This document shows, piece by piece, positions 21,094-33,889 of a DNA stretch of 64,000 nt; positions within the stretch are counted from its first letter, which is position 1, and every line of letters starts with the position of its first letter. A program made the translations under genes and the position numbers. The stretch spans positions 195,992-259,991 of the forward strand of contig CAVQER010000007.1 in the NCBI GenBank assembly GCA_963711595.1, written 5' to 3'. Below the pieces are notes generated by a model that saw only the letters and a list, made by a program, of their open reading frames with translations, was not told the origin of the DNA and ran no database searches. Source of the stretch: an uncultured Alphaproteobacteria bacterium. Lineage in GTDB: Bacteria > Pseudomonadota > Alphaproteobacteria > Rhizobiales > Xanthobacteraceae.

Positions 21094-22485
21094 ATGATTG
21101 GTCCGAGCTCGCCGCCCAGGATCGCCTCGCGACGCGCGATCGCGGGGTGGGTGCTGTTCGATTGGGCGTGCCAGCCGTTCTTCACGCTAGTCACGACCTT
21201 TGTCTACGCACCGTACTTTGCATCCGTCGTTGTGGGCGACGGGGCGCGTGGACAGGCGCTCTGGGGTTTTGCGGCCGGGACGGCCGGAATTCTCGTAGCC
21301 TTGTTCTCCCCCGTTCTCGGCGCAGTCGCCGACGCAACCGGACGACGCAAGCCGTGGATCGCCGCGTTCGGACTGCTGCTGATCATCGGTTCCTGGGTGC
21401 TGTGGTTTGGGCGTCCCGGCGACGCAAGCACGATTTCCGTCGTCCTAATTGCTTTCGTCGTCGGCTCGATCGGCGTCGAGTTCGCCTCCGTCTTCAACAA
21501 CGCGATGATGCCGACCCTCGTGCCTCAATCTCGGCTCGGTCGTCTGTCCGGTCTCGGCTGGGCGATGGGTTACCTCGGCGGGCTCGTCTCGCTCGCTTTC
21601 ACTCTCGCTTTCCTGGCAGCCAGCCCGCAGACCGGCCGGACGCTCGCGGGGTTCATGCCTTTGTTCGGGCTTGATGCATCGATGAGCGAAGGCGACCGGG
21701 CGACCGGACCGCTGTCGGCACTCTGGTTCATCGTATTCGTGCTGCCGCTGTTTCTGTTCACGCCGGACGGAAAGAAGGCGATGAATCTCGGGCCGGCAAT
21801 TCGCGTGGGCCTCCGAAATTTTGCGGCGACGGTCCATGAAATCCGGCATCACGCGAACAGCGTGATCTTTCTTCTCGCCAACATGATCTACGCGAATGGC
21901 CTTGGTGCGCTTTTCGCCTTCGGCGGGATCTATGCGGCGGGCAGTTTCGGCTGGACCACGATCGAGATCGGCGTGTTCGGAATTCTGATCACGATCGCGG
22001 CGAGTGCCGGTGCACTCACCGGGGGTTGGCTAGACGACAAGTTCGGCTCGAAAACGGTGGTTCTCGCGGCACTCGCGATACTGACCGCGATGTCCGTCGC
22101 CATTCTCTCGGTCGACCGCGATACCGTGTTCTTCGCGTTCCCGGCACAGCCAGCCCTACGCGGCGCGGGTCTTTTCACGAGCCTCCCGGAGCAGCTTTAC
22201 GTCGTGTTCGGCGCGATCATCGGTATTGCAGCGGGGCCACTGCAGGCCTCATCGCGTACATTGCTCGCGCGTCTCGCGCCATCGCATCAGATCGGGGAAT
22301 TCTACGGGCTGTTCGCGCTTTCCGGAAAGCTTACGTCGTTTGCGGGGCCGCTTGCCGTTGCCACCGTGACGGCAGCCACCGCAAGTCAGAAAGCTGGGAT
22401 TTCGGTGCTCGTCGGGTTTTTCGCGGTCGGCGCGGTGTTGCTTGCGTTCGTCCGGGTCAGTGACGGAAGTGCCGCGCGCCAGTGA
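21094..22485 (+). CDS. MFS transporter (UMF1/Atg22-like family)
   Basis: ORF 20932..22485 overlaps the gdh end; ATG at 21094 lies just after the gdh stop. About 12 predicted TM segments. N-terminus [15 protein letters not shown] is typical of the family. Confidence 0.7.
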   Translation: MIGPSSPPRIASRRAIAGWVLFDWACQPFFTLVTTFVYAPYFASVVVGDGARGQALWGFAAGTAGILVALFSPVLGAVADATGRRKPWIAAFGLLLIIGSWVLWFGRPGDASTISVVLIAFVVGSIGVEFASVFNNAMMPTLVPQSRLGRLSGLGWAMGYLGGLVSLAFTLAFLAASPQTGRTLAGFMPLFGLDASMSEGDRATGPLSALWFIVFVLPLFLFTPDGKKAMNLGPAIRVGLRNFAATVHEIRHHANSVIFLLANMIYANGLGALFAFGGIYAAGSFGWTTIEIGVFGILITIAASAGALTGGWLDDKFGSKTVVLAALAILTAMSVAILSVDRDTVFFAFPAQPALRGAGLFTSLPEQLYVVFGAIIGIAAGPLQASSRTLLARLAPSHQIGEFYGLFALSGKLTSFAGPLAVATVTAATASQKAGISVLVGFFAVGAVLLAFVRVSDGSAARQ

Positions 22486-24046
22486 ACACCATTGCGATAT
22501 TCTTTTCGTTCGCGGCGGCAATGACTTCGTCGTCGCGGATTGAGCCGCCCGGCTGAATGACAGCGGTCGCGCCGGCCTCGACGGCGGCGAGCAAGCCGTC
22601 CGCAAAGGGAAAGAACGCATCGGACGCGACGACCGAGCCGATCGTGAGCGGCTCGTTGAGGCCCGCAGCCTTCGCCGCGTCACGCGCCTTCAATGCCGCA
22701 ATACGCGCCGAGTCGACGCAACTCATTTGTCCCGCGCCGATGCCGACAGTGGCGCCACCCTTCGCGTAGACGATCGCGTTCGACTTTACGTGCTTTGCGA
22801 CACGGAACGCGAACTTGAGATCGGCAAGCTCGTCGGAGTTCGGCTTGCGCTTGGTAACCGCCTTTAGATCCAGGTCGTCGACCGAAACGTTGTCCCGAGT
22901 CTGCACGAGCACGCCGCCGGCCACGGAGCGGAACGCCATTCCGCGACCGCGCGCATCAGGGAGGCCTCCTGCCAGCAACAAACGGAGATTCTTCTTCGCT
23001 GCGACGATTTTGATTGCCTCTTCGGTTGCGTCGGGGGCGATGATGACCTCGGTGAAGATTTCCACCATCGCGTTGGCCGCGTCGGCCTCCAGCGTCCGGT
23101 TCAGCGCGACGATGCCGCCAAATGCGGAAACAGGGTCGCAGGCAAGCGCTTTCCGGTAGGCGTCAAGCAGATGCCTGCTCTCGGCGACGCCGCACGGATT
23201 GGCATGCTTCACGATAACGACGGCTGCGGTGCGCTTGGGGTCGAACTCGGCAACGCACTCGTAGGCGGCGTCGGTGTCGGCGATGTTGTTGTAGGAGAGT
23301 TCCTTGCCCTGCACCTGCCGCGCGGTAGCGACGCCGGAACGCTGCTCTGGGCTGCCATAAAACGTCGCGTTCTGATGCGGGTTTTCGCCGTAGCGCAGCC
23401 GCTCGATCAGCTTTCCGGCGAAGGCGCGCCAGACCGGTGCCTCGAGACCCGTATGCTCGGAGAACCAACTCGCGATCGTGGCGTCATAGGCGGACGTGCG
23501 AGCGAACGCCTTGGCCGCGAGAAGCCTGCGCAGGGCGAGCGTGGTTCCTCCGTGTGCGGCTATTTCCCTCAACACGACATCATAGTCGGCTGGATCGACC
23601 ACGACTGCGACGTCGCCATGGTTCTTGGCCGCCGCGCGAACGAGCGCCGGGCCGCCGATGTCAATTTTTTCGATGCATTCCTCGAGGCTCGCGCCCTTGG
23701 CGAGCATCGCCTCGAATGGATAAAGATTTACGACGACAAGATCGATCGGCTCGATTGCGTGCTCACGCATGGCATCGACGTGCGATTTCTCATCGCGTAC
23801 GGCGAGAATTGCGCCGTGTACCTTCGGATGCAGCGTTTTGACGCGACCGTCCATCATCTCCGGAAACCCGGTGAGGGCGGCGACGTCGGTGACCTTGAGG
23901 CCCGCCTCGCCGAGGGCGCGAGCCGTGCCGCCGGTCGAGACGAGCGTTGCGCCCCCTTCAGAAAGTGCACGGGCGAATTCGATCAGTCCGTTTTTATCGG
24001 ACACCGATATCAGCGCGCGGGCGACGGGGCGGACGCGGTTCGGCAT
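22457..24046 (-). CDS. purH: Bifunctional AICAR formyltransferase / IMP cyclohydrolase
   Basis: 529 aa. [12 protein letters not shown]-terminal MGS-like domain and C-terminal FTGARHFRH. Confidence 0.95.
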   Translation of the reverse strand: MPNRVRPVARALISVSDKNGLIEFARALSEGGATLVSTGGTARALGEAGLKVTDVAALTGFPEMMDGRVKTLHPKVHGAILAVRDEKSHVDAMREHAIEPIDLVVVNLYPFEAMLAKGASLEECIEKIDIGGPALVRAAAKNHGDVAVVVDPADYDVVLREIAAHGGTTLALRRLLAAKAFARTSAYDATIASWFSEHTGLEAPVWRAFAGKLIERLRYGENPHQNATFYGSPEQRSGVATARQVQGKELSYNNIADTDAAYECVAEFDPKRTAAVVIVKHANPCGVAESRHLLDAYRKALACDPVSAFGGIVALNRTLEADAANAMVEIFTEVIIAPDATEEAIKIVAAKKNLRLLLAGGLPDARGRGMAFRSVAGGVLVQTRDNVSVDDLDLKAVTKRKPNSDELADLKFAFRVAKHVKSNAIVYAKGGATVGIGAGQMSCVDSARIAALKARDAAKAAGLNEPLTIGSVVASDAFFPFADGLLAAVEAGATAVIQPGGSIRDDEVIAAANEKNIAMVFTGARHFRH

Positions 24047-24121
24047 TGCTCGCGATCGATTACTTCTTCTGACGCGGGCGCGATAGCACGGAGGCGGCGG
24101 CAGGGAAACGGGCGAAGCGCC

Positions 24122-25879
24122 TCACAGGGGCAACTGCGGTCCGGCCGTTTCCGCCTTCTCGCGATCGGATTGCGTTGCGGTGGCCCGGATGAAAGTCCAG
24201 ACAACGCGCGGCAGTGCGCGTACCTGATCGGCAATGACGATCTGGCTCGTGCGGCGCGGGCCATCGGTTGCGGACAGAAACACGCTTTCCTCGAGCTCGA
24301 CGTTCATGTTCGGAGAGCTGAACAGCCAGCTTTCCTTGTTCGGCAACACGAGCAATACGCTGCTCCCGTCGGTCCGGCGGCTCGCCTTTACATTCGGATG
24401 GAGGTGAAAGCGGATCACGAAAGTGTCGGGCGCGTCGGTCGGAACCGCATCGCCTTCGGTCGTGAAGAAAACGTCTTCGCCGTCGAGCCGCTCGCCGTCC
24501 TCGGACAGCCGCCAGGAGCGCTGGTGCAATAGTCCAAAGCGGGTGGCGTATCCGTCGTGCATGGCGCGGACGACCTGCGCGCCGTTGCGATCACCGCGAG
24601 ACACCCGCAGTGGTCCAGGCCCCTCGACGATGGGCGCGCCGATCAGCCGGTTGTAGGTCGCTCCGCCGAGAAAACGGCATGAGGAGGCGTCATTCAAAGT
24701 CACGGTCGAATGGGCCGCAGTCGCGCGTGCTGCCGGCCGCCAGGCATCTCGGTTTGCGGCGGGCATGCCGCAATTGACGACGATGCGGCTGCGCGTGTGG
24801 GAAAATTCGAACGAAAGGCACCCAGCATGGGCCTCGTGGCTCAGCATCATCGGCGGGGGCGGACCCGTGTCGGCAATGATGATGCTCTCACCCGCCTCGA
24901 TCCGCTGATATCCGGAGTGAGGCGCGTTGGACACCGGCGCGCCGCGCGCGTCGTCGTAGGCGAGGACGGTCGCAAGCAGATCGCCCGGCGTCGTGCCCAT
25001 TCCGTTGAACTGGGCGAAAGCGCCGTCGCGATGCCGGAAGAAACGGAGCATCGGCATCATGCGATCGATCGCGTTCAGCAGGCTGGTGGGTACCGGCGCA
25101 CTGCGTGCTTCGAAGGATTGACGAAGGGGAAGCAGGTCGAGCAACAATTCGATGAGCACGCCCGGATTGCGGCTGACGTGACCGCCGTCGGGAAGGATTT
25201 GCCGATTGAGCTCGGCGGCAAGACGCCGCGCGCTCGATTTGAGAAGCCGCGTTTCGTCCTGAATGCAAAGACCAGCGAAGGTCAGGGCGATCGTCGCAAG
25301 CAGGCGCGGGTAGCCGTCGCGCGTGTCTCCGATCGTCCGCCGCAGATAGCGGACCTGTCGGGCGAGGCTCTTCAGGAACGAGCGATAGAAGACATGGTCT
25401 GCGCCTTCGAGAATGAGCGGCGCCTGCGTCAACCAGGAGATGATGCGGCGGGAGACTATTTCCGGCTCCCAGGCCATCGGATGGCCGCTGCCCTGGATCG
25501 CAATCCAATCGCCGACAAGTGCGCGGGCGTTGACCTGCGCGATCGTAGTTCCCGCCGAACGCAGGTGCCGGAGCCAGTTAAAGCCAAGCAGGGCTTCCGC
25601 CCACTCGCGGGTCGGCGGCGGCATCTCGAATGGTGACCGGCCGTCCGTCGCAACCACTTTTCCGGCAAACGCGAAGCGACCGGCATAGAACTCGCTTGCG
25701 AGCGTCGGATCGCCTGTGCGCAGATCCTGCGGTGCGATGAGCAGGCGTTCGGGCACGGAAAGGCCGATCCGCCACCGATAACGCGGATTGGCGGTGAGCC
25801 TTGTTACAAGCCTGCGCCAGCCGTGGGCGGCCACGAACCGCGCGAGCCGCACCCGCTCCGCAAGCCCTTCACAACTCAT
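24122..25879 (-). CDS. Heparinase II/III-family protein (function unknown here)
   Basis: ORF 24122..26017; the ATG at 25879 is the first ATG downstream of the rsmB stop at 25975. About 585 aa. Family call rests on my recollection of the conserved purH-adjacent gene in alphaproteobacteria. No signal peptide seen. Confidence 0.55.
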   Translation of the reverse strand: MSCEGLAERVRLARFVAAHGWRRLVTRLTANPRYRWRIGLSVPERLLIAPQDLRTGDPTLASEFYAGRFAFAGKVVATDGRSPFEMPPPTREWAEALLGFNWLRHLRSAGTTIAQVNARALVGDWIAIQGSGHPMAWEPEIVSRRIISWLTQAPLILEGADHVFYRSFLKSLARQVRYLRRTIGDTRDGYPRLLATIALTFAGLCIQDETRLLKSSARRLAAELNRQILPDGGHVSRNPGVLIELLLDLLPLRQSFEARSAPVPTSLLNAIDRMMPMLRFFRHRDGAFAQFNGMGTTPGDLLATVLAYDDARGAPVSNAPHSGYQRIEAGESIIIADTGPPPPMMLSHEAHAGCLSFEFSHTRSRIVVNCGMPAANRDAWRPAARATAAHSTVTLNDASSCRFLGGATYNRLIGAPIVEGPGPLRVSRGDRNGAQVVRAMHDGYATRFGLLHQRSWRLSEDGERLDGEDVFFTTEGDAVPTDAPDTFVIRFHLHPNVKASRRTDGSSVLLVLPNKESWLFSSPNMNVELEESVFLSATDGPRRTSQIVIADQVRALPRVVWTFIRATATQSDREKAETAGPQLPL

Positions 25880-25974
25880 CGCGTCGATTGCCTCTTTTCG
25901 ACGGGACGCCGCGCGCCCGCTCCCTCGGTGACAACATATCGAAGCGGACTCCTGTGTCCAACCGCCGAGCAAAC

Positions 25975-27312
25975 CTAGGAAAAACGCCGCAACCGCGCGG
26001 AATAAAAGCCGTCGCAACCGGAAAGACGAGGGTCGGGGTCGGGCAAGTGGCTGGGCAGCGTTCGCAAGTCTCCGGCTCTGCTAACGAACGATTCGATGTG
26101 GCCGACTTCCGACGGCATGACTGGGACACGGACAAAATCGGATTGGCGCGCGAGAAACGAATCGATCTGCAGCTCTCCTTCCTCAGGCTCCAGCGAGCAG
26201 GTTGCGTAGACGAGCAAACCTCCCGGTCGGGTGAGCGCGGCGGCGCGTTCGAGGAGACGCGATTGCAAGGCTGAAAGCTTTACGACGTCGTCAGGCGCCT
26301 TCTGCCAAGGGATGTCAGGGTGGCGGCGGACCGTACCCGTGGCCGTGCACGGCGCGTCGAGCAATACCGCGTCGAACGGCTCTGCCTCCCATTTCGTCGC
26401 ATCGGCCGCTACCGTTTCGGCACCAAGGCCGAGACGAGCAAGATTCTCCTTCAATCGTTCGAGACGCGCTGCCGACCGGTCTACGGCGACGACGCGTGCG
26501 CCACCCGCCGCGAGCTGAGCAGTCTTGCCGCCAGGCGCGGCGCAGAGGTCGGCTACCGATCGTCCGGCGACGTTGCCGAGGAGCCGCACAGGCAGGGCGG
26601 CGGCTGCGTCCTGGATCCACCAGTGGCCTTCTTCATAGCCAGGCAGGGCCGCGATCGGGCCCCCATCCGCGAGACGAATCGAACCCGTCGGAAGCAGACG
26701 GCCGCGAAGTCGATCGGCCCAGAGCAAAGCATCGGACTTCACCGTGAGATCAAGCGATGGCTCATGCCTGTGCGCCGCCATGATCTCGGCAGCCTGCTCC
26801 ACGCCGTAGTGCTGCCGCCAGCGTTCGAGTAGCCAAGCAGGCGTATCGAAGGCGGGATCAATCGCGGCAAGGCGTTTGCGGCCATCGCGCGCTACACCGC
26901 GCAACACGGCATTGGCGAGACCGGCGTAGCGCTTGTTGCGCTGCGCGGAGGCGAGCTGCACCGACAGATCGACCGCTGCATGATCGGGCACGTCGAGGAA
27001 GAGGATTTGTGCAGCGCCGAGCAACAGCGCGACTTCCAATTGCGGTGCGGATTTCGGCAATCCGCGCTCCAGGAAGGTGTGGAGCAATGCACGTAACGTG
27101 CCGAGCCGACGCAGCACCGTCGCGACCAACATGCGCACAAGCGCACGATCGCGCGCGGCAAGGCCCTTGAGACCTTCGATACCCGATTCGGGATCGAGAA
27201 CTGCATCGAGCGGCCGTCCGCGCTGAAGGATGGCGAACAGCGCGGCAGCCGCGATCTTCCTACTCGAGAATCCGGGCGCCTCGGCGCGCGGTTCGGCCCG
27301 CGCGCCGTTCAA
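25975..27312 (-). CDS. rsmB: 16S rRNA (cytosine-C5)-methyltransferase, RsmB/Sun family
   Basis: NusB-like N-terminal domain. SAM motif DLCAAPGGKT, catalytic PCTATGTVRRHPD and YATCSLEPEEGE. The ORF-track start at 27378 overlaps htpX by 56 nt. An in-frame TTG at 27312, preceded by GAGGG and lying 10 nt after the htpX stop, is preferred. Confidence 0.8.
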   Translation of the reverse strand: MNGARAEPRAEAPGFSSRKIAAAALFAILQRGRPLDAVLDPESGIEGLKGLAARDRALVRMLVATVLRRLGTLRALLHTFLERGLPKSAPQLEVALLLGAAQILFLDVPDHAAVDLSVQLASAQRNKRYAGLANAVLRGVARDGRKRLAAIDPAFDTPAWLLERWRQHYGVEQAAEIMAAHRHEPSLDLTVKSDALLWADRLRGRLLPTGSIRLADGGPIAALPGYEEGHWWIQDAAAALPVRLLGNVAGRSVADLCAAPGGKTAQLAAGGARVVAVDRSAARLERLKENLARLGLGAETVAADATKWEAEPFDAVLLDAPCTATGTVRRHPDIPWQKAPDDVVKLSALQSRLLERAAALTRPGGLLVYATCSLEPEEGELQIDSFLARQSDFVRVPVMPSEVGHIESFVSRAGDLRTLPSHLPDPDPRLSGCDGFYSARLRRFS

Positions 27313-27322
27313 AGATCGGCCC

Positions 27323-28240
27323 TCAGCCCCATGGGTTGTGTCGCGCGGCCCAGGGCCCTGCGCTCGGGGCAGTGTCAAAGTCCGCGGCGCTCAGATCGCC
27401 CATTTCACTCGCAAGCTCTTCCAACGCAGCAATCCGATTCTCGGTTGCGGGATGCGTCGAAAAGAGATTGTCCATCCGCGCACCGGAGAGCGGATTGACG
27501 ATGAACAAATGCGCGGTGGCTGGATTGGCTTCGGCAGGCTCGTTCGGGATCCGCTGGGCCGCGTTCGAGATCTTCGCCAGCGCCGACGCGAGCCAACGCG
27601 GGCGTCCGACGATCTGCCCGCCGAGGCGGTCCGCTTGGTATTCGCGCGAGCGGCTGATCGCCATCTGCACGATCATGGCTGCGATCGGCGCGAGGACGAC
27701 GACGAGTATCAGTCCGACGATGCCGAGCGGATTGTTGTTGCGGTTGCCGCCGAAGAACATACCGAACTGCGCGAGCATCGAAATCGCGCCGGCAATCGTC
27801 GCGGTAATTGTCATCGTCAGTGTGTCGTGATTCTTGATGTGCGCGAGCTCGTGCGCAATGACGCCCGCGACTTCCTCGCGACTCAGCGCGTTGAGGAGAC
27901 CGGTCGTCGCGGCGACCGCCGCGTTCTGCGGATTGCGGCCGGTCGCGAATGCATTGGGCTGCGGATTATCCATGAGATAGACGCGCGGCATCGGAAGGCC
28001 GGCGCGGCCGGCAAGCTCGCCCACGAGGCTGTAGTATTCGGGAGCCGATGACTCGTCGACCTCCTGCGCACCGTTCATGCGCAGGACCATCTTGTCGGAG
28101 TTCCAGTAGGCGAACATGTTCGTCGCGGCAGCGACGAGGAAAGCGATCAGCATTCCGCTTTCGCCGCCGATCACGAATCCGACAGCCATGAACAGCGCCG
28201 TAAGTCCGGCGAGCAGCATGGCGGTCTTCAGGTAATTCAT
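27323..28240 (-). CDS. htpX: Zinc metalloprotease HtpX homologue
   Basis: 305 aa. TM segments plus the [10 protein letters not shown] zinc motif. Confidence 0.9.
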   Translation of the reverse strand: MNYLKTAMLLAGLTALFMAVGFVIGGESGMLIAFLVAAATNMFAYWNSDKMVLRMNGAQEVDESSAPEYYSLVGELAGRAGLPMPRVYLMDNPQPNAFATGRNPQNAAVAATTGLLNALSREEVAGVIAHELAHIKNHDTLTMTITATIAGAISMLAQFGMFFGGNRNNNPLGIVGLILVVVLAPIAAMIVQMAISRSREYQADRLGGQIVGRPRWLASALAKISNAAQRIPNEPAEANPATAHLFIVNPLSGARMDNLFSTHPATENRIAALEELASEMGDLSAADFDTAPSAGPWAARHNPWG

Positions 28241-28347
28241 CGTTTCCTCCGAACGGCCACGGGCCGCCCCCGACCGGAAAACATGGGTGGGCGGGGGTTC
28301 CTGCGCAAGGCGCTTGACCGCGGGCCGGACGGGTGTTCGAAGACCCT

Positions 28348-28563
28348 ATGGCCAAGCCCTTCCAAAAGCCGGAAGCAGGTGAACGCCGGTCGAAACCCCT
28401 GACGCCGGCGGCTGAACGTGCGCTCGCTGAAGCAGCGGCGCGGCGCGCCGAGATCGACGCGCGCGCAAAGGCGATGCCGAAAGAGCACGGCGGCCGCGCC
28501 GGCCCCGATCCAGTCCGCTACGGCGACTGGGAGAACAAGGGAATCGCCAGCGACTTCTCCTGA
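28348..28563 (+). CDS. DUF1674 (SDHAF4-like) small protein
   Basis: C-terminal GPDPVRYGDWENKGIASDFS is the DUF1674 signature. ATG at 28348 (GTG at 28333 also possible). Confidence 0.7.
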   Translation: MAKPFQKPEAGERRSKPLTPAAERALAEAAARRAEIDARAKAMPKEHGGRAGPDPVRYGDWENKGIASDFS

Positions 28564-28647
28564 GCGGCGCTGTCCAGCACGCGAACGCTGCGCGTGTGGC
28601 GCGCGGCGTCGCCTCCCGTATAGTTGTCTCGACGGGAGGCGTGAGCG

Positions 28648-29367
28648 ATGGCGGAAAAGAAAACGACGTTCGTACTCATTCACGGCGCTTGGGGCGGCGG
28701 CTGGAACTATCAGCGGGTCGCGGAAGCTCTGCGCGCGCGAGGCCATGTTGTCTACGCGCCAAGCCTCACCGGATGCGGCGAGCGTGCGCACTTGCTGAAC
28801 GGAACGGTGAATCTCTCGACGCACATCCAGGACGTCGTCAATCTGTTCAAGTACGAGAGCATCGAACGGGCGGTGCTTGCGGGTCACTCCTACGGCGGGA
28901 TGGTGATCACCGGCGCGGCGGACCGAATCCCCGAGAAGATTTCCGCGCTCGTCTATCTCGACGCCTTCTTGCCGGGGAACAACCAGTCGGTCTGGGACAT
29001 CAACATTCCGGCGAACACAGCGCGCTATGTAGCGAGTGCCGGCGATGCAGGCGGACACGCAATTCCTTCGCCGCCCGCGTCATTCTGGAATCTGAACGCG
29101 AACGACGTGCCGCTCTATGAGAAGCTCACAGGACCGCATCCACTTGCGGCGCTGACCGAGCGGCTCCGGCTTTCCGGCGGACACGCCTCCATCAAGAAGC
29201 GCATCTATGTGCACGGCACCGACCTCGGACGGCCGAGCCCGTTCAAGCCGTTTTACGAAAAATGCAAGGCCGACCCCGCGTGGGAAACGCACGCGCTCCC
29301 GTGCGGGCACGACGTCATGATGGACCTGCCCGAGGAGACGCTCGAGATTCTGCTCAGCGCAATCTGA
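28648..29367 (+). CDS. Alpha/beta-fold hydrolase (esterase-like)
   Basis: 239 aa. FVLIHGAWGGGW oxyanion region, nucleophile elbow GHSYGG, C-terminal His (CGHDVMM). Confidence 0.75.
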   Translation: MAEKKTTFVLIHGAWGGGWNYQRVAEALRARGHVVYAPSLTGCGERAHLLNGTVNLSTHIQDVVNLFKYESIERAVLAGHSYGGMVITGAADRIPEKISALVYLDAFLPGNNQSVWDINIPANTARYVASAGDAGGHAIPSPPASFWNLNANDVPLYEKLTGPHPLAALTERLRLSGGHASIKKRIYVHGTDLGRPSPFKPFYEKCKADPAWETHALPCGHDVMMDLPEETLEILLSAI

Positions 29368-29370
29368 CGG

Positions 29371-29874
29371 TCAGTGCTCGATCACCACTCGCGTGCCCAC
29401 GCTGACGCGTTCGTAGAGGTCGACCACGTCCTGGTTGTACATGCGGAAGCAACCGTAAGAGACGAAGCCGCCGACCGAGCCCGGCGCATTGGTGCCGTGG
29501 ATCGCGTACTCGCCGCCCGAGAGCGTGAGTGCCGCGGCCCCCATCGGATTGCTCGCCGTTCCGCCCGGGATGACATTAGGAAGGCGAGGATTGTCGCGCT
29601 TGACGTCGGCCGGCGGCGACCAGGCGGGCTTCAGGTACTTCCCGGTGATCGATGAATTGCCAAACCACTGCTTGCCGGAACGGCCGACGCCGACCGGATA
29701 ACGCACGGCCCGTCCATCTCCGAGGACATAGTACAGACGACGCTCGCTGGTTTTGATGACGATGGTGCCGGCATAGTGACCGTCAAAGCGAACGGTCTCC
29801 CGTGCATCAGCCGGCGACGCAAACAAGGCTAACAGCAGGGCAAACAGTGCCCCGTACTCGATACGCATGCGCAT
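29371..29874 (-). CDS. L,D-transpeptidase (YkuD domain), secreted
   Basis: 167 aa. Signal peptide, then catalytic HGT....G...SYGCFRM. Confidence 0.85.
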   Translation of the reverse strand: MRMRIEYGALFALLLALFASPADARETVRFDGHYAGTIVIKTSERRLYYVLGDGRAVRYPVGVGRSGKQWFGNSSITGKYLKPAWSPPADVKRDNPRLPNVIPGGTASNPMGAAALTLSGGEYAIHGTNAPGSVGGFVSYGCFRMYNQDVVDLYERVSVGTRVVIEH

Positions 29875-29963
29875 GACGCTACCCCCCAGTGACGCAACTA
29901 ACTCCAGTTTAACCGGCGGCTCAGCCGCCCCGGCACACTCGCTTTCGTCGAAGTACCTAACGC

Positions 29964-31911
<1,948 letters not shown>

Positions 31912-32035
31912 CGGTCCTCCCGGTCGGGCCGGCTGAGCCGGCCTCATTTGTCTTCTGTCCCAAGGCATTATGCGAAAGCGAGACCCACGCGACAAGGCGC
32001 GCAGGCTGCAACTTTGGACCCGCTGGGCGGCCGCC

Positions 32036-32437
32036 TCAGCTCCCGAAAGCGCCGATCACCGCACCCATGATCAGGAGCACCCCAAGCCAGTGGCCACCGT
32101 CGATCACGGTGAGCATCGGCTTGCGGACGCCGAACGCGTAATTCACCGCGAGGGTGGTGATGACAAAGCCGAACCAGCAGAAGGCCGCAGAAATGATGCC
32201 GCTGCGGATTGTCACCGGACCCATGTGCGCGATCAGGCCGGCGAGCACCCAGGCCATGACCAGGTTGGCGACAATCGCAATGAGGAAAGGCGTCTTGCTC
32301 GTATCGAGGTCTGCCCGCGTCTTTCCGATCGCGTCCAGCCAGGGACTTGCGAGCGACATGTAATAGACGGCACCGAATCCAAATCCCGCGAGTGCCGCGA
32401 TCACGACGGCGAGATAGTTGATGCCGGCGAATGTCAT
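32036..32437 (-). CDS. DUF1761-family small membrane protein
   Basis: 133 aa with four hydrophobic segments. N-terminus [26 protein letters not shown] resembles DUF1761. Confidence 0.55.
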   Translation of the reverse strand: MTFAGINYLAVVIAALAGFGFGAVYYMSLASPWLDAIGKTRADLDTSKTPFLIAIVANLVMAWVLAGLIAHMGPVTIRSGIISAAFCWFGFVITTLAVNYAFGVRKPMLTVIDGGHWLGVLLIMGAVIGAFGS

Positions 32438-32459
32438 ACTGCGCTCCTAAGATGACGGG

Positions 32460-32879
32460 TCACTGTTTGTAGCCCCCGAGCCTGCAGACGGTAGCCCATT
32501 CGGCGGGCGTGACGGGCTGCACCGAGAGCCGGGAGACGCGGACGAGAACCATATCCTTCAATTGCTTTTCGGTTCGGCATTGCGCGAGTGTCACCGGTTG
32601 CGGAAACGGCGCGACCGCACGGACGTCGACAAGTCCGAAGGCGCCGGTTTTGTCGGTCGGATCTTTGCGGTATTCGCCGATCACCTCGACGACACCGACG
32701 ATCTGCTTTTCGTCACCCGTGTGATAAAAGAAGGCGCGGTCACCCTTCTTCATCTTCTTCAGATTCGCTTTCGCCTGGAAATTGCGCACGCCCTCCCAAG
32801 CCGTGCCCTTCGCGCCGGCCTTCACCTGATCGTCCCACGACCACGTGGACGGCTCGGTCTTGATCAACCAGTGACTCAT
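32460..32879 (-). CDS. EVE (PUA-like) domain protein
   Basis: 139 aa. WLIKTEPSTWSWDD...GVRNFQA.N.LK.MK.GD.AFFYH is the EVE-domain signature. Confidence 0.8.
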   Translation of the reverse strand: MSHWLIKTEPSTWSWDDQVKAGAKGTAWEGVRNFQAKANLKKMKKGDRAFFYHTGDEKQIVGVVEVIGEYRKDPTDKTGAFGLVDVRAVAPFPQPVTLAQCRTEKQLKDMVLVRVSRLSVQPVTPAEWATVCRLGGYKQ

Positions 32880-32882
32880 GAC

Positions 32883-33875
32883 TCAAATCTCCGCGCCTGT
32901 TGGCCGCGCAAGAAGCCGGGCGATCGCGCCTTCGATGTCGAGACGGCCGGCTAGGACGTCGTCGACGGCTTCGGCGACTGGCATGTCGACCTCCTTGGCG
33001 CGCGCCATCTCCACCAGTACCGAGGCGGTGAATGCACCTTCGGCGAGCTTGCCAGCGCCGGCCTCGGACGGACTCTTGCCGGCACCGAGCGCGACGCCAA
33101 GGGCGTAATTTCGCGACTGCGGGGACGTACAAGTCAAGATCAGATCGCCGAGGCCCGACAAGCCCGTGAGTGTTTCGGTTTTGGCACCATAGGCGCGGCC
33201 AAAGCGGAGCAGTTCGCCAAATCCGCGTGTCGTCAGCGCGGCCTGCGCGCTCGCGCCAAGCTTGCGGCCGACCACGATGCCGGCAGCAATCGCGAGGACG
33301 TTCTTCGCGGCGCCGCCGATTTCAACGCCGCGCACGTCGGCGGAATGATAGACGCGAAATGTCTGTGAACGCAGCGCTTCCGCGAGAGCGGCGGCAACTC
33401 CCGCATCCGCTGCGGCGACGGTGACCGCGGTTGGAGAACCGCGCGCCACATCGGCCGCGAAGCTTGGACCGGAGAGGACCGCCGGCGCGCAGGTCGGGAT
33501 CGCCTCGGCGAGAATCTCCGTTACGAACCGCCGCGTCTTGCGTTCGATTCCCTTGGCGCATGTCACGACCGGTAGACCGGAGCGGACATAACGCGCGAGT
33601 TCTAGCGCCACCCCCCGCATGGACTGCGCGGGCACTGCGAGGACCAGTACATCGGCATTTGCGGCCTGCTCCAGCGACGGCGTCGCCATGACTTCGGCCG
33701 CGATCGCGACGCCGGGCAAACGTGCGGGGTTCGTTCGGCGCTCGCCGATCTCGGCGACGATCGCTGCGTTGCGGGCATAGAGCGTGACCGAGCGATGGGC
33801 ACGCGCCGCCGCATTTGCCAGCGCCGTGCCCCAGGCACCCGCGCCGATAATACTGACTCGTTGGAGTGCTGGCAT
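32883..33875 (-). CDS. gpsA: NAD(P)H-dependent glycerol-3-phosphate dehydrogenase
   Basis: ORF 32883..33923; ATG at 33875 gives [20 protein letters not shown] (Rossmann GxGxxG). Rest is typical GpsA. Confidence 0.9.
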   Translation of the reverse strand: MPALQRVSIIGAGAWGTALANAAARAHRSVTLYARNAAIVAEIGERRTNPARLPGVAIAAEVMATPSLEQAANADVLVLAVPAQSMRGVALELARYVRSGLPVVTCAKGIERKTRRFVTEILAEAIPTCAPAVLSGPSFAADVARGSPTAVTVAAADAGVAAALAEALRSQTFRVYHSADVRGVEIGGAAKNVLAIAAGIVVGRKLGASAQAALTTRGFGELLRFGRAYGAKTETLTGLSGLGDLILTCTSPQSRNYALGVALGAGKSPSEAGAGKLAEGAFTASVLVEMARAKEVDMPVAEAVDDVLAGRLDIEGAIARLLARPTGAEI

Positions 33876-33889
33876 GCCGGGCGCGTGTT

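Noticed and set aside
23171-24532. Other long shadow ORFs: 23171..24532 (453 aa), 9298..10356 (352 aa), 30264..31364 (366 aa), 61271..62344 (357 aa), 7724..8485 (253 aa), 54171..55103 (310 aa), 3242..3799, 5529..6191 and many shorter ones
   Set aside because: All lie antisense to, or out of frame within, well-supported conserved genes (purH/heparinase-like, amtB, acs, the permease, the SleB-like gene, ftsK). Their translations are Arg/Pro/Gly/Ala-rich, as is typical of non-coding frames in high-GC DNA.
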